Source: Chlorokybus atmophyticus
Taxonomy: Eukaryota; Plantae; Mesostigma and Chlorokybus algae
Assembly (NCBI GenBank): GCA_009103225.1
Contig: RHPI01002069.1
Span: 134,739 to 198,738 of the forward strand
Length of the DNA: 64,000 nt
Reading direction: 5' to 3'
Numbering within the stretch: the stretch's first letter is position 1; each line of letters opens with the position of its first letter. Below, one piece after another: positions 24,387 through 37,041 of the stretch. Position numbers and translations under genes: made by a program. The notes beneath the pieces were generated by a model. It ran no database searches. It had not been told where the DNA came from and saw nothing but the letters and a program-made list of their open reading frames with translations.

Positions 24387-27300
24387 TCATAGACTAGCGT
24401 GGTTCTTGCTGTTCGACCTCGAAGGTTCCGGCGTCGGAGACCTCACATACCCCTTTGCCGCAGCCAGCGCCCTGATGTTCTTTAGGTTCTCCTGCCCTGC
24501 CGTGTTCTCTTTTGGGCTCTCCAGTTTTGCAAGCGCCACTGCGGCGGCTTTGGCAAAGTCCGGTGGCTGCATCACCCTCAAAGGAGACCGGCTCCTGTTC
24601 TGCTGCTCTGCCTGCTGCAATCCCCGCACGCGGTGCCGGTCCCCGCTGCCCAGCCGCCGGGCACCCGACTCGTCCTGTATCTTCTTCAGCGCAGCCACAA
24701 TGGCATCAAATGTCGGCCGCGCGCGGGGGTTGCGAGCCCAGCATGCGCGTATCAGAGCGCTGTAGGCTGGTAGTCCCCTGAACGCAGGCTCGCACGTAGT
24801 GGGTATGGTCAACCTGTCTTGCTGCTCGGCAACAGCATGCATGATCTGCCAGTTGTTACTGAACTCTCCCCAGGGGACCTGCATAGCATTATCAGTGAGC
24901 GTTTGATGCTAAGCACTAGTTTGTGACTAGTGTGCAAAGTGATTCGTACCTCCAAAGTCAGAAGCTCCCAAAGAATAACGCCAAAGGAGAAGACGTCTGC
25001 AGCACGATTGTACTTCTCACCCTTCAGCACCTCAGGCGCCATCCACCTTGGACTGTGAAGGTTGTTGGACGCGGGAATGTGGCTTGCCTCCATCAATCTC
25101 GACAAATTGAAGTCACAAACCTGCACAACAGACAGATGAGCTGTCTGCGAGTGCAGCAAGCTGACAACTTGTTGCAATCGGCCAGGCGCCTTGAGTGGCA
25201 GAACCAGCAAGGTGACAACTACACCTTTACGTGCCAATGCCGATCGACCAGTATGTTTGGACTCTTCAGATCTCGATGGATGACAGGCGGTTGCGAGGAG
25301 TGCAAATAGTGCATTCCAAGAGCAGCATCTGTTGCCATGTTCAAGCGGCGTGCCCAATCCAGACTTGTCGAACCAGCCCGTGCCCTCGCCATCACATCAT
25401 ATAGAGACCCTCGAGGACAGTACTCTGTCACTAGGCACAGATCTGGAGGTGCAATGCATGCACCGATGAACATTACCTGCATATAAACAGCATAAGACCA
25501 TGAAGACAAACATCTGTGGACACCCAACAACTCTAAGCACTGCAACACTTGGCTTACCACATTGGGATGGCGCATGCGGCACATGATGCCCACTTCTTTT
25601 CTGAACAAGGCCACACTCTCTGCTGAAAATGCTGCCCCAAGTGAGTGCCCGCCTGCGTCTGGACCCCAAGCAGCACCCAACTTTTTCACGGCTACGTCTG
25701 TGTGGCGCCAGCTTGCAAGGTGCACCTGTATAGCCACGTCCGTTAACACCCTGCCGTCAATCCACTTGAGTAAGCGAAACAACAACTGACCATGCATACC
25801 TGTCCATAGGCTCCACCACCAATGTTCCGCGTCAGCTTTAGATCCCCATAGTCAATCTCCCAGGGCTCCCGAGGCCTGGATGGTTGCTTGGGCTGCTCTG
25901 TCATGCCTTCGTGCTTGCTGAGTGCTTCAATGACAGCTACGGGCAATGCCTTAATCATGTCTTCCAAAGGCACATCCGCATGCGGTTTCTTTGAGGCGCA
26001 GGCGTCCATGTCCAACTGGCGCTGCACACTGCCAGCAGAAGCACCTTCGCCTTCTGGCCTGTCAGGACTACGAGCATGCGGCACCCGAGGAGGGCGTGCT
26101 GCGGACGTCCACGATGATGGCTGAGACGGCCGCGTGTCGCCCCCAGTAAGGTAGCTGGATGTCATGCTTGTTGAGCACGTGTCTTCTGAGACTACAACAG
26201 CGCCGCTGATGGGTGTGAGTGGCTCTGTCACCTGGCTGTTGCAGGGAGTGGGAGGCACGAACCTACTCGTGGATGGCTCGGGTGAGGCTGCGCTGCTGGC
26301 CGGACGCTCCACAGGGGGGCTCATTGTCTTCTGGTGTGTAACACGCGGTGTAGCAAAGAAGGCACTGCTTGGCTTTGCTGGAAGCTCAAAGCGACCTGGT
26401 GGCGTAGCAGGCGCAGGGTCTGACATGTGGCTTCTGGCAGGGGCGGAAGGGCTACCTGACTCCGGCGTGTTGGTTGAGTTTGCTGACTGCGTGCGGGACT
26501 GGTCGTACGAATGAGGTGAGCCCTGTGGAGTTGAGTAAGCACGTGCTGATGTGCTCAACGGACCGAATGGTGCATTGGCCGCGCTGTCCGACCAGGGCGT
26601 AGCAGGCAGCCTCGGCGTTGCCAAGGCTGCCTGCTTCGTGTATGGGTTCAGCTCGTTCCACCACTGCGGACCCAACACAGCACAGTGTCTCCCGGTAAAG
26701 TCCTGCGCCAGCTTCAATGCAGCCACGCAGTGAAGCTGTCCGCTGGTGTCGCGACCGGCTAGAGTCTCACGCAGCGCCCAGATGCGCGCCACGCCATCCT
26801 TGGTTACGCTTAGCATGTGGGTTTCACCAACAGGTAGCAAGAACCGCAAGCCCTTGGAATGCGCCACAGTGGTTGCCAGCATGGACTGCGAATTTAGGTT
26901 CCACAACCTCACAGTACCATCCTTGTGCCCGGCATAAGCCCAGTCACCAGATGGGTGCAGTGCTACAGACCGTACTCTGCTGCCAGGTTGCCCCAAACTT
27001 GCAACGGCTTCAACCTTGTCAACTGACCAGACTCGAACACGGCCGCTTTCATGCCCAGAGAGCACATGCTGCTTGGATTGCGCCATGCAAACAACAGGTC
27101 CAGATGGGCTGCAGTCCATGCGCCGCTCCAACCGCTGTTTGGCAACATTCCAGACCTGCAGGGTTCGGTCGGCGCTGCCACCAGCACTCCAGACTGTTCT
27201 ACCATCCGAGAGAGCCAAAATGCTTGTGACCTTGTCGCAATGAATGCGCTGATCGCTTGAATTGTGGCTTGGCGTGACAGCAGCGCCAGCTGCACAGGTA

Positions 27301-29133
27301 CTGTATGTGTTATTGGAGGCACGCGTATTGGCAAGTGATGTGGTGCAACACTCACAATGAACAGGACGGATGCTCACTAACAATGCAGAATATCAAAACG
27401 GGTAGGGTGTGCTTGCCTGGTGCGATTGAAGAATTTACAACAGCACTCTTTCGCAACCTCTTTCCCACGCTGTTCGCTGCATTGTTGCCCTCAATCTCAA
27501 ATGTGTAAATACGCCCATGAGCCGTCCCAGCCCAAATCAGCCGAGACGACACAATAGCGATGCAGGTGATTCCATAGCTCCCAGCAACAGATGCCGGTCC
27601 AGAGTCCGCAACCTGCGGCCTTGCGGCCAAAAACACTCCTGTGCTGGCATTCCACAACCTCACTGTCCCGTCGTCATGCCCTGTCCACATGTGCACCCCG
27701 TCCACGGGGTCAAGAGCCAGGCAGCTGGCTGACTTGCAAATCCCCACAGACGACAGCAAAGGCTCGGGTGCCGCTGGTGACATGAGGTCTTGCATGCACA
27801 AGCTGTTCATGCACCACCACACCTGCAAGGCAGAGAACAATTGATAACCAGCTCACTTGCCAACATTTGCTGATGCACAGGTACCAGCAGCCATAACATA
27901 GAATGCTCCGCCTTGTTCCAGTACAAGGTCAAGCATGAAATGCATGTGTATACTTGACACACAATACACTGCATTGCACAACTGACAAACAGTTGCTGCA
28001 GAGTGTTGTGCTCACCTGTCCCCACACAGCAGTACCAATGCAGCGGAGGCAGCTCTGCTGCTCGTCAACATTGGCAAACCGATGCGCGGCTGACAATGGC
28101 ACATTAGATGCAGCTTTGCGTTCCTTTGCAGGCGTGATCCATGCATGCGACTGATCATCAGCATTGCCCTGAAACCGCGCCCACAGCTCCTGTGCAATCG
28201 CGTCAAGCTTGTCTGCCAGCACAGCAACTGCAAGAACACGGATCAGCTTCAGGTCGGTTCAAGGCAAAATACATCACGCAGCTGCAATGACACTATGCAT
28301 TGCTGAGCACAGTAGCATGCAAGCTGTATGCGCTGGTGACGCCAGCAAAGACCCCAGCAGCACTCAAGACACTGACATTTGCCCACTAGCATGACATACA
28401 GAGAAATGCTTCAATGATCCAACAGTGACAGATGTGGTAACGCGGCTGACTGGCTGGTACCGCTACTGTGCCATGGTCTGTTGGCTGACACCGGAACACA
28501 GGCCAAGTGCATGCAACCGGATGGACACATGAAACTCACATGTCTGTTCTGTGTGTTTCTTTTGCAACCATTTCGCCACTGTGGACTTCTGGCCATCAGC
28601 TTGTAGCTTTTCAAGCACAATCCTGGCCACTTTCAGGATGTCTTCACAAAGGAGTCGTTCCCTGTTTGAAGAGTTGGGTTGGTGCTCAACATGGCAACGG
28701 CATACTGCACGTGCTAGCATCCGCATGTCTTAAACAGCATGCATGGGAAGCCCAGAAAAATGTCAAAACGAAGTATGCACCTCGTATATGCCAGTAACAG
28801 CAAAAGTGAAGAAACGCGTGTGTAACACTCAACGCAGCAAAAACGCGTGCGAAGCTGGGCAAAGACTTGGTGATGTTATTATGTCAGGCTGTCAACTGAC
28901 CTCGAAAGCGCCCATCCATCAGGCAGATCAACATAATGCAGGGCCGTGCGTGCTGCCACAGCTGCCCTCAAGATAGGTGTACAACGCTTGAATAGCCACC
29001 GCTCTTTCAGCGACTCAACCCGCCAGCTGAGCTCAGCAAGGGCGGAGTCGCACTGCGCCTCCAAGTGAGGAACGCCCACGGGCGCCGTAGTAGCAGCCAA
29101 TTCAGAGGCTGACGGCTCCTCTCCATGCAGCAT
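24387..29133 (-). CDS. Multidomain kinase: MLKL-like four-helix bundle + WD40 repeats + S/P-rich linker + Raf-like (TKL) kinase
   Basis: Kinase motifs IGGGAYGQV, VAVKK, HRDLKSPN, DFNLSR and WMAPE. WD repeats e.g. TGHDDGTVRLWN, SGHESGRVRVWS and AGHKDGTVRLWN. Exons 28901-29133, 28540-28661 and 28016-28227 splice in phase. The kinase and WD40 calls are firm; the MLKL-like call is by-eye alignment. Confidence 0.88.
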
Positions 29134-29318
29134 TGTCAAACCCTAACCAGCTCGCATGCTCTACAGCAAGGCCTATCCGCTCCCTGCTTCCAGCCTGCTG
29201 AGGCAAGCAACAAGCTGCAACTTTCCCCCCAGAGCTGAACTTCTACCCTGCAGGGGGAACTCCTCAGCTTCACCTTTCACATGTTGCTTGTGAGTCTGTC
29301 TGCTGGTCTTTACGACAG

Positions 29319-29636
29319 CGACAGCATGCCCATGATGACGTGCGTGGAGCTGATGAGAGCGACCACGGTGAGCGCACCGATGGCCGCCGCCGCGCTATAC
29401 TCGTAGAGAAACAAATGCAGCATTGTGCCAGCAGAGGTGAGTGCTCCTCAATGCTGACAGCTTCAACCTTTCGCCTTCCTGCCGCTTCCACGAACAACAC
29501 CGCTCCCGCAGGCACCTTTGCCACGCTCACCGCCGCCACCCCCTACGCCAAGGCCAAGGTCAACAGCACAACAGAACAGCGGCCAACAGACTCGGTTACT
29601 ACAGACCGAGTCTCACTCACATTCCCCGCCAACTAA
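29319..29636 (+). other. Possible short spliced transcript divergent from the kinase gene
   Basis: A clean GTGAGT...CGCAG intron at 29437-29511 between GC-rich segments. No recognisable protein and no clear start. Confidence 0.3.
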
Positions 29637-30235
29637 CTGACCATGCCAGCATTATACGACCTGCATTGCCGAAACTTATTAGCAAGCAACTTACGACGTC
29701 CCTCCGTCGCCAGCAATAAACGCAGCACCTTATGTTCTGAATACTTATACCATGGCTAAAAGCTGCGCTAATTTTATGGGGACTTAACTGGCTGCTTGCA
29801 TCCATGGTTAGGGGCCGTTCAAATTGTTGAGTGATGACGCGCTGTGCGCAGCAGGCGTTCCGAGCCAGACGCGGGCATCTTGCCGGCAAGCATTTTGCCG
29901 TTACAATTGCGCGAATTTGAATATCAAAATATTCGGCCCAGCTAGCAGTAGGGCCGCGCTTGCCAAAGGTTTGCATGCGAATCCCCGAACAGCTGAATCT
30001 ACTACACTGTACCAAGGTTTTTATTCACTACTACCGTACTTGTGCGAATACAACCCCCCCTTACAAACAAAGCCCCTCCCCCCGCCCCCCCCCGAATTGC
30101 TACTGCACATCGCAACGAAGCAACTTTCATCAAGCAACTTTCATTTATAAGACGGTCAACCAGCTAACATAGCTACATGGGTATGCATCGCAATCGTTTT
30201 AAGGCTACACACACATGCTCGTAAATGTGCATGAA

Positions 30236-30422
30236 GCTAGCATGCGTAGTTGAATTGTGATGCATGTGCAGTGTTATTGTTATAAGGCTTCTGTTGCTTG
30301 TTTAGGATTATAACTTTAGCACATGACCTTATGAGCGTTTTATGTAATACATGAAGAGATAAAGCATAAATTGCTTTATCTCTTCATGCTAGCATGCGTA
30401 ATTGAGTTGTGATGCATGTGCA
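30236..30422. repeat. 35-bp direct repeats with a perfect 17-bp-stem hairpin abutting the second copy
   Basis: Direct repeats at 30236-30270 and 30388-30422 (33/35 identical). Hairpin arms at 30350-30366 and 30372-30388. Confidence 0.85.
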
Positions 30423-31453
30423 CTATTAGCATCAGCTGCGTATGCCTCACGAAAAGAGTGTTGCACGCTGCGCACTGTTTCGTAGTTGCTCCTTCCCCAT
30501 ACAAGCTGGTTGGCTGGCTTGAATTTAACCATATATAGGAAGACAACTTAGGGTAGACTAGGAAAACAACTAGAGCTGGTCTGACAATTTCATCCGTTGG
30601 TGGTTAAAGGTCCCGGAGAGGTTTGTATCGTAAATAGATGGCAAGGATTGTGGCATGCACAAGAGCGTGGCACATATGCAGATACCAAATGTTCATGTTA
30701 TATTTTGTGCAAGATTGTGAGATACTGACTGTGCATAGGCATTCCAATATGACAGATGCAGCAAAGCACTTGCACAAGCACACATGTAAGAAAATATGTT
30801 TGTTTCCATTCCATATAAAGCAGGAGCCACATGGCATGACACGCGAGTGGGAACGAATAGACAGGTAAGCAATGCCATTGATGAACATGTATTGTGGCAA
30901 GCGTTGGAATGCATACAATCACACATACGGCCTTATTGCTGGCTACCTTGCTAGTGTCTATTTTACTTTACTCTTACCGTCCTTATCCGCAATTGTGTCA
31001 GTGGGCACCTCTACTCTCTGCACCACACTACAACTTATACCACACCTTGCGGGTTGTGGTTGTGAAGCAGTTTTTGAGAAATTGAAGTTCACTAGTCTAT
31101 TGCAACCCACCGCCAGTCTGTGTTCAGGTCCATGAGTACTGCATGTGCTACTGCGAGTGCCCTATCGCACACCAGACATGCCAGGCCAAATTAATGGCTC
31201 ACCATGCCAGGTAGGTGCGTACATGGTGCTCGGCACAGCGTGCACACAGGTTTGCACGCGCAAGCGTGTGCGCGCGTGTACATGTGTACAAAGAATGCAC
31301 TGCGGCATTAGTAACATGCCTAACCCTTATGCATTGTGTGCGTAAGCATGCACAGGTGGGCGGGCGCAAGGGACACTGAACATTGAACCTACACGGATGT
31401 GCCCATGAGATGCTCGTTGGCCCAGCCGCCATAAAAATCAGACCGCATGGTAC

Positions 31454-32630
31454 TTACCATTGCCAGACACCAGAGCACTTACTTCTTTTTTAATAACTCG
31501 ACATCAAACACCATGGACGCATCTCGGTTTGAGTTGCCAATGACGGCTTCGAGCCGGCGCACTCTGTCAAAGCCCACCACCAGAGGCTGGTCATACACGC
31601 TCTGATACACCAATGCCGGCGGTAGGATGCCCCGCCGCTTACCCCCAACCTTCATGCCAGTAACCTACCAACGGCACATAAGACACATGCAGACGCCAAC
31701 GCCACATTATCAAGCACGCCTGCATGATGAGACACTTTGCAATTGCTGTCTCACTCACCAGATCAGAGAGCCCCGCTATGACATTACCGTCACCAATCCT
31801 GCAGCCATATTGTTAGTGTGCAGCATGTTGTGTGAATTATGTGAAGTGGCTATGCTTGCAATCATACCTGAACTCAAACGGCTCAGGGAAGCCATCAACG
31901 ATATGGTCGTAAGACGAGTCCAGGTTCTTGCCGTTGAAGCCCAGCAGCCGCGAGCTATAGTGCACCACGGCTACATCACCTCGCTCGACAGCCTCACCAG
32001 TGCCCTCCACAATGTCAAGATACCTACCAACACAATAGCAGCAACAAGACTTCAGTTGAGCAAAGGGCAGTGGTTGCGCAGCAACATGCCATCCAACACT
32101 GCCACGAGCTGGGACACCCTCAACACAGTGTTTAACAAGAACAACTAGTACTTCAAAGGGTAATACTAAGCTGCTTACCGCACGCCAGCTGGAGTGGTTA
32201 CATCCTTTCGGCCTTCATAACGCCTCTCCTTGGTGTCGCGCTTGTCCACAGGAGGTGGCACCGCAGCCCCGCTGCAGCAGAGCAAGCACCATTCTCAAGC
32301 AATGCACGAAGTAGGCTGTCTCAAACACTTGCACGCAGCAAAGAACTGCAGCACGATTGACGTAAGCTCTGACCTTGCTCACCTGGCTGCCGGCGTCTGC
32401 GCACAAGCGAGCACGGCAGCCGCAGCCAGCAGCAGGTCTCGGCGGGGTAACGAGGCATTGCAGTGGTGCTGGTTGTCCCTGCTTGGCTCAGCTGAGGCAG
32501 AACCTTGCGCAACCCGCCTCTTGGAAGCAGGGTGGGAAGCACGCGGCTTTGCAACGATAAGCGGCGTGTGCCATGACAGCGACACCGTCGCCGCCGCCGC
32601 CATCGCTGAGCTACTCTGCTGCCCAGCCAT
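31454..32630 (-). CDS. Thylakoid-lumen FKBP-type peptidyl-prolyl isomerase (at least 5 exons; 3' end uncertain)
   Basis: Transit peptide with a twin-Arg signal (RRDLLLAAAAVLA), then YLDIVEGTGEAVERGDVAVVHY, IGDGNVIAGLSDLVTGMKVGGKRRGILPP and MVFDVELLK after GT-AG splicing. Confidence 0.88.
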
Positions 32631-32861
32631 GTAATGCACAGCATTGGTGTTGTCAAAGAATTACGTAAGTCACTGACGTAACCCGGTTACATCTAGTAAT
32701 CAGGGTTTCTGAACAAATTGTCCATGTCAGCTGTACGGCGGTTGAGGCCGGCGGCGGCGGCGGCTTCGGCGGCAGCAGCGTCGGTGTTGTTGGGAGAGGC
32801 GGCGAGCATACAGCCGCGGTAGCATTGGAGTTTTGAGAGGGGAGCTGAGCAGTCTGTCAAG

Positions 32862-34090
32862 ATGCCGGCGACGGCGGGCAGGGTGCGCATGCCGGCTAAC
32901 AACCGGATGCACTCCAGTGCGGCGCTGCAGACGCACGGCATCTGGAGCAACACCATCGGCTACGATCCTTACGCCCCGGAGAACGCCGCCGCTGCTGCCG
33001 CCGCTGCAGGCGACGCCGGCGCCAAGACCGGCGCCCTCAGCGCAGCCGCAGCCGCAGGCCAACCGGCCTCCGCATACGACGACTTCCAGGGCCTTCTCGC
33101 CCTCGCACGCCTCACTGGTACGTTGCTATTGCGTAATCAGAGGAATCTTTGTTGTAGCAGCATTGAGCATGGGCAATGGTTACATGCCAGAAGGCAAACC
33201 CATCTGAGCCCGCAGGTGCAATCATGCAAGGTATTGGTAATGTGTATGTCATATATTAACGACTACAGAGTAGTGGAGGTTTGCCTGCCTGAACTGCATG
33301 TTTCAGTATCATCAATTTGGCTCAACTGCGTCCAATTCTGGCTTACTGCTTGTCAGTTGTTGCCACTGCAATTCAAGTTTGTCGGATCTTGTCCACACCG
33401 TGTTCTCATTTGCACATGCATCTCTGTCAGGTTCATCTACGGCCGACGCGTCAAGGGGCGCGTGCAAGCGATGCGGGAAGGTGGGCCACCTCTCATTCCA
33501 GTGCCGCAATTTCCTGCGCTTGGCTCCCAGCGGAGACACCGCCAGCCTGCCCACTGTGCCCGAAGACCAGCCGCTGCTGTCCAGCAGCGACTCGGATGAT
33601 GACTCCGACGCTGAGATGACCAAACCCAAAAGGTATGTTAGCAGTATAGTTGTTAATAGGCATGTGTATTGATTGGTCATGCATGAGCACATACGTCAAC
33701 ATTGACCGCCAAGTTAATCTTATGCATGGTGCACGGCACTTGCAGTGTTAGTGTGGCTTTGTGAAAGATAACACATCTACTGCATGGTGCGGCAGTGATG
33801 AGGAGCGGGTAACAGACAGAAAGGAGAAAAGTGGCAGGAAGGTGAGAAGGAAAGAGAAAGCAAGGAAGCACAGGAAGAAGAAGCGGAGGAGCCCAAGCGA
33901 CAGTGACATGTCCTCCAGCGAGTCAGAAACAGACAGTGAGGAGGAGCGCCGCCAGAGACGGAAAGAGAGGAAACGCAAGGAGAGGAAGCGCAAGAAGAGC
34001 AGCAACGGGAAGAGCAAATCCAGCAGCGGCAAGAGCAGCAGCAGGAAGCGGAAAGGCAAGGAGAGTACGAACAGCTCAGATTCCGAGTAG
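32862..34090 (+). CDS. CXIP4: CAX-interacting protein 4-like zinc-knuckle protein (3 exons)
   Basis: MPATAGRVRMPANNRMHSSAALQTHGIW N-terminus, a CKRCGKVGHLSFQCRN CCHC knuckle and an R/K/S-rich tail. Confidence 0.93.
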
Positions 34091-35466
34091 TCGGTTCTCT
34101 TTGTATATCTATCTGTATGTATATGTAGTCCTTGTTGCAACTGATTCTACGATCATATGGTTACTTCAAGGATTCTAGACACGCCTTATTCTTAGTACCA
34201 GGTAGCTGGCCTTTGATGTGTCACTCGTATATACTGAGTAACACATAACCGTTTGGCATACCATGATTCATATGACATGGTGTTGCGACTGGTTAAGGTG
34301 TACTGTCGAAAGGTGTAACTGTGGCTGTGCATTCGGAGGATCCAGACCTACCACCGCTTGCTTGCTTGTTTGATTGTATGCGGTGATGTACTGTGCTATC
34401 TAATTTACGCTGTATTAGTGTTGTTGCGTATGAATACACAACAATAGGAGTTGCAACAAAGCAGCTCAAGCGTAGGGGCCATATGCAAACAAGCATGCAG
34501 CAGCAAGCATGAATTTCAGTAGGGGCCAAGGCAGAGTTGAAACAACTAACATACGTCTGAAGCCATATTGGGGCTGGGTAGAACTGTACACAAAATGCGC
34601 CAGGGATTTGCTCATGCATAGTGGCAGCCACAACAATCAGATGTGTGCAATGCATGTCGTGTGTTGCACTGTCTGCTGCTGTGCATTGAGATGCCTTGTG
34701 CTATGCATACACTGTGTGACAGTGCGCGCTATATGCATTGATCGCTAGGCTCACAGCCAAAGTATCACAATGAAGCTTAAAGGCGAGGCAAAACCCTTGG
34801 GGGCCTTATAGTCGTAGTGGTCGTGCATGCTACCAACGGAGAGGGCATTGCTAACATCTCTGTTGCAGGTGAAGCTGCTCGCCCTTGAACTTGCTTGTGC
34901 TTGCTGCCTACCCCTACTCCTCGAGGTCCAGTGCACTTGGCTTAGGTTAGCTAGGGGCCCCCACCCAGCGTTGTTTGCCTTGTGTCGTTGTTGCTCCCTT
35001 ACTGTGTTGTTGTGGTAGATGTTTATGCAAGTTGCCTTGTGCTACTGTTTGGCGTCTGCTGCCATGATCAGCCAACTGTTGCATCCTAAGCATTGGCTCA
35101 GTATGACATGTCCAAGACCAACCATGCGCCCGATTCTATAGCAGGCACACAATTTTGCATTCATTCAACCCCAATTGCTAACAGCCATAGCAGTTGCTAG
35201 CAGAAAACCTTTATACAACTCCAATCAGCGCTTGGTCAACCTGCTACCTGCACAGACAGTGAACCCAGCACATAGGTTTGCACTGCAATGCTCAAACATT
35301 TATGGGCTTTCCGAACATGCAAGTCAAACAACAATCAACAAGCAACCAGCACACGCACACTCACAACCACAAGTAAATATATGTACATATCACATGGGCT
35401 CAGCATAGACACAGGATAATTGTTGAACAGGGAGAGGGAGCAGTGGACTGACACAAGGAGCCGGCC

Positions 35467-36558
35467 ATGGCGGCGGCGGCGGCAGAGCAGCGGCGGCATG
35501 CCGCAGCGGTGGTAGCGGCCGCCGACGTGGCCGCCGCAGCGGAGCGAGACGCCGCCGCGGTCGCCGCTGACGTCGCCCGCCTCGCCGCCGACCTACGCGG
35601 CTCCCTCTCACAGGCAAGGACTTACCAGCAGTGACCAACAACACCAACAACAACAACCAGTAGTTGTTGTGCAACCCACTAGCACAACACAACACAGCAC
35701 GACAGACGTGTGTTAGCCTTTTGAAGTAGTGTTCTATATGCGACCGCTTGCGGATTTGAAATCTAAGTCAGAATACAAATGCTACACAACTTGTCACAGA
35801 CGCAGGAGGCGAAGTTTTCCCAGCAGTTGCATACGCATGCTGTATGCGTACTTCATGCTCTAGTCGTAGTGTAAGCAGCATCACTTTGCATGCTCTGTGA
35901 AGGTCTCAAGTAGCATAACCATACCATCCGCAACCCAGTAGTCTTTGTTGCCCCTGCGTGCGCATGTGCGTGTTTCTGCTTTCAGGTGACGGACTGCTCT
36001 CTGGAACACATGAGGTGTTTCGATCAAGCTTGCGCGTCAATGGAGTCAACAGGTGAGGAGGTGGAAGAGTATTTAGAGGAAACAGGTGTGAGATTGTTGA
36101 TGTTGTAGTCATTGGTCGGTGTCGCGCAGCGGCGGATGCGGCGAAGAAAGCAGGCGCGCTCATCAACGAATGCATCAGGTTGGGGTACAGGTTAATAACA
36201 AGCGCGCGTACACACACGCACACGCACACGCAGTTGGCCGATTCCTCTGTGTATGTTGTTCTAACATAGGCTGGAACGCACGTACGCATGCACTGGCGCT
36301 CACACACATAATCCCATGCGCGCTTTTGCAATGCAGGTTGAGCCTTGCAATGGACGGTATCGATGCACTCGCCCAGCAAATGTAAGCACCACATGTGTGC
36401 ATGCACGCGCGGATTGCTGGCGGGACGCATCGAGGTGTGCTTGTCGCTCAATCTGCTGTGCCTGAACCCCTCTCGCGTGCAGGCGAGGCTTGCATGTGCT
36501 GGTGGACCAGTTTGAAGCGCAGGCCAACCAGTTGCTTATGGCAGCACCAAAACCATGA
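35467..36558 (+). CDS. BLOC-1-related complex subunit 6 (BORCS6)-like coiled-coil protein (5 exons)
   Basis: Spliced: ..VARLAADLRGSLSQ|VTDCSLEHMRCFDQAC..LINECIRLSLAMDGIDALAQQMRGLHVLVDQFE, resembling the plant BORCS6-domain proteins as recalled. Intron 1 needs a GC donor at 35614. Confidence 0.7.
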
Positions 36559-37041
36559 CATGAGTCGTAGCTGAACGCAGCAAAACGTCACCTCACTTTC
36601 TGTGGATGACAGTGTACAGCATGTATAGTATGACGAATCACTTGCCATCAACCCGCATGTCTTCATTTCCGTCAAGGGTCACAATCCTGCATGCATGTGG
36701 CGTGTAACTGTGCATCTTACCAGTACGCTATCACAATGTATCAATTGTAAGCAGCAGCGAACCTGCCAATCAACACTGACAGAAACCTATCTGCCCACAA
36801 TAGATTCCACGCGCTATGTACAAACGCACCCTCAACCCTAACCTAGAAGGCACACATCACCGCACACAAGTCCACAAGGCTGGCACCCACTACCTGGTAG
36901 CCCTACTGCACTACTACACTACGCTATCTACTTACACCCCGTATGAGACCACGGATTGAGACTGGGGCAGTGGTTGTGACGCTCGGGTGCGGGGCCACAC
37001 CAATAGAGTGTGTCCATCGAATGAACGGATCGCTATACACG

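Noticed and set aside
27340-27415. Possible additional GC donor (CAG|GCAAGC) in the kinase gene
   Set aside because: An equally in-phase GTGAGC donor lies just downstream, so it cannot be resolved without transcripts and was not counted.
30350-30392. Helitron 3' end (hairpin plus CTAG)
   Set aside because: The hairpin abuts CTAG with no spacer, the next base is C rather than T, and no 5' TC end was identified.
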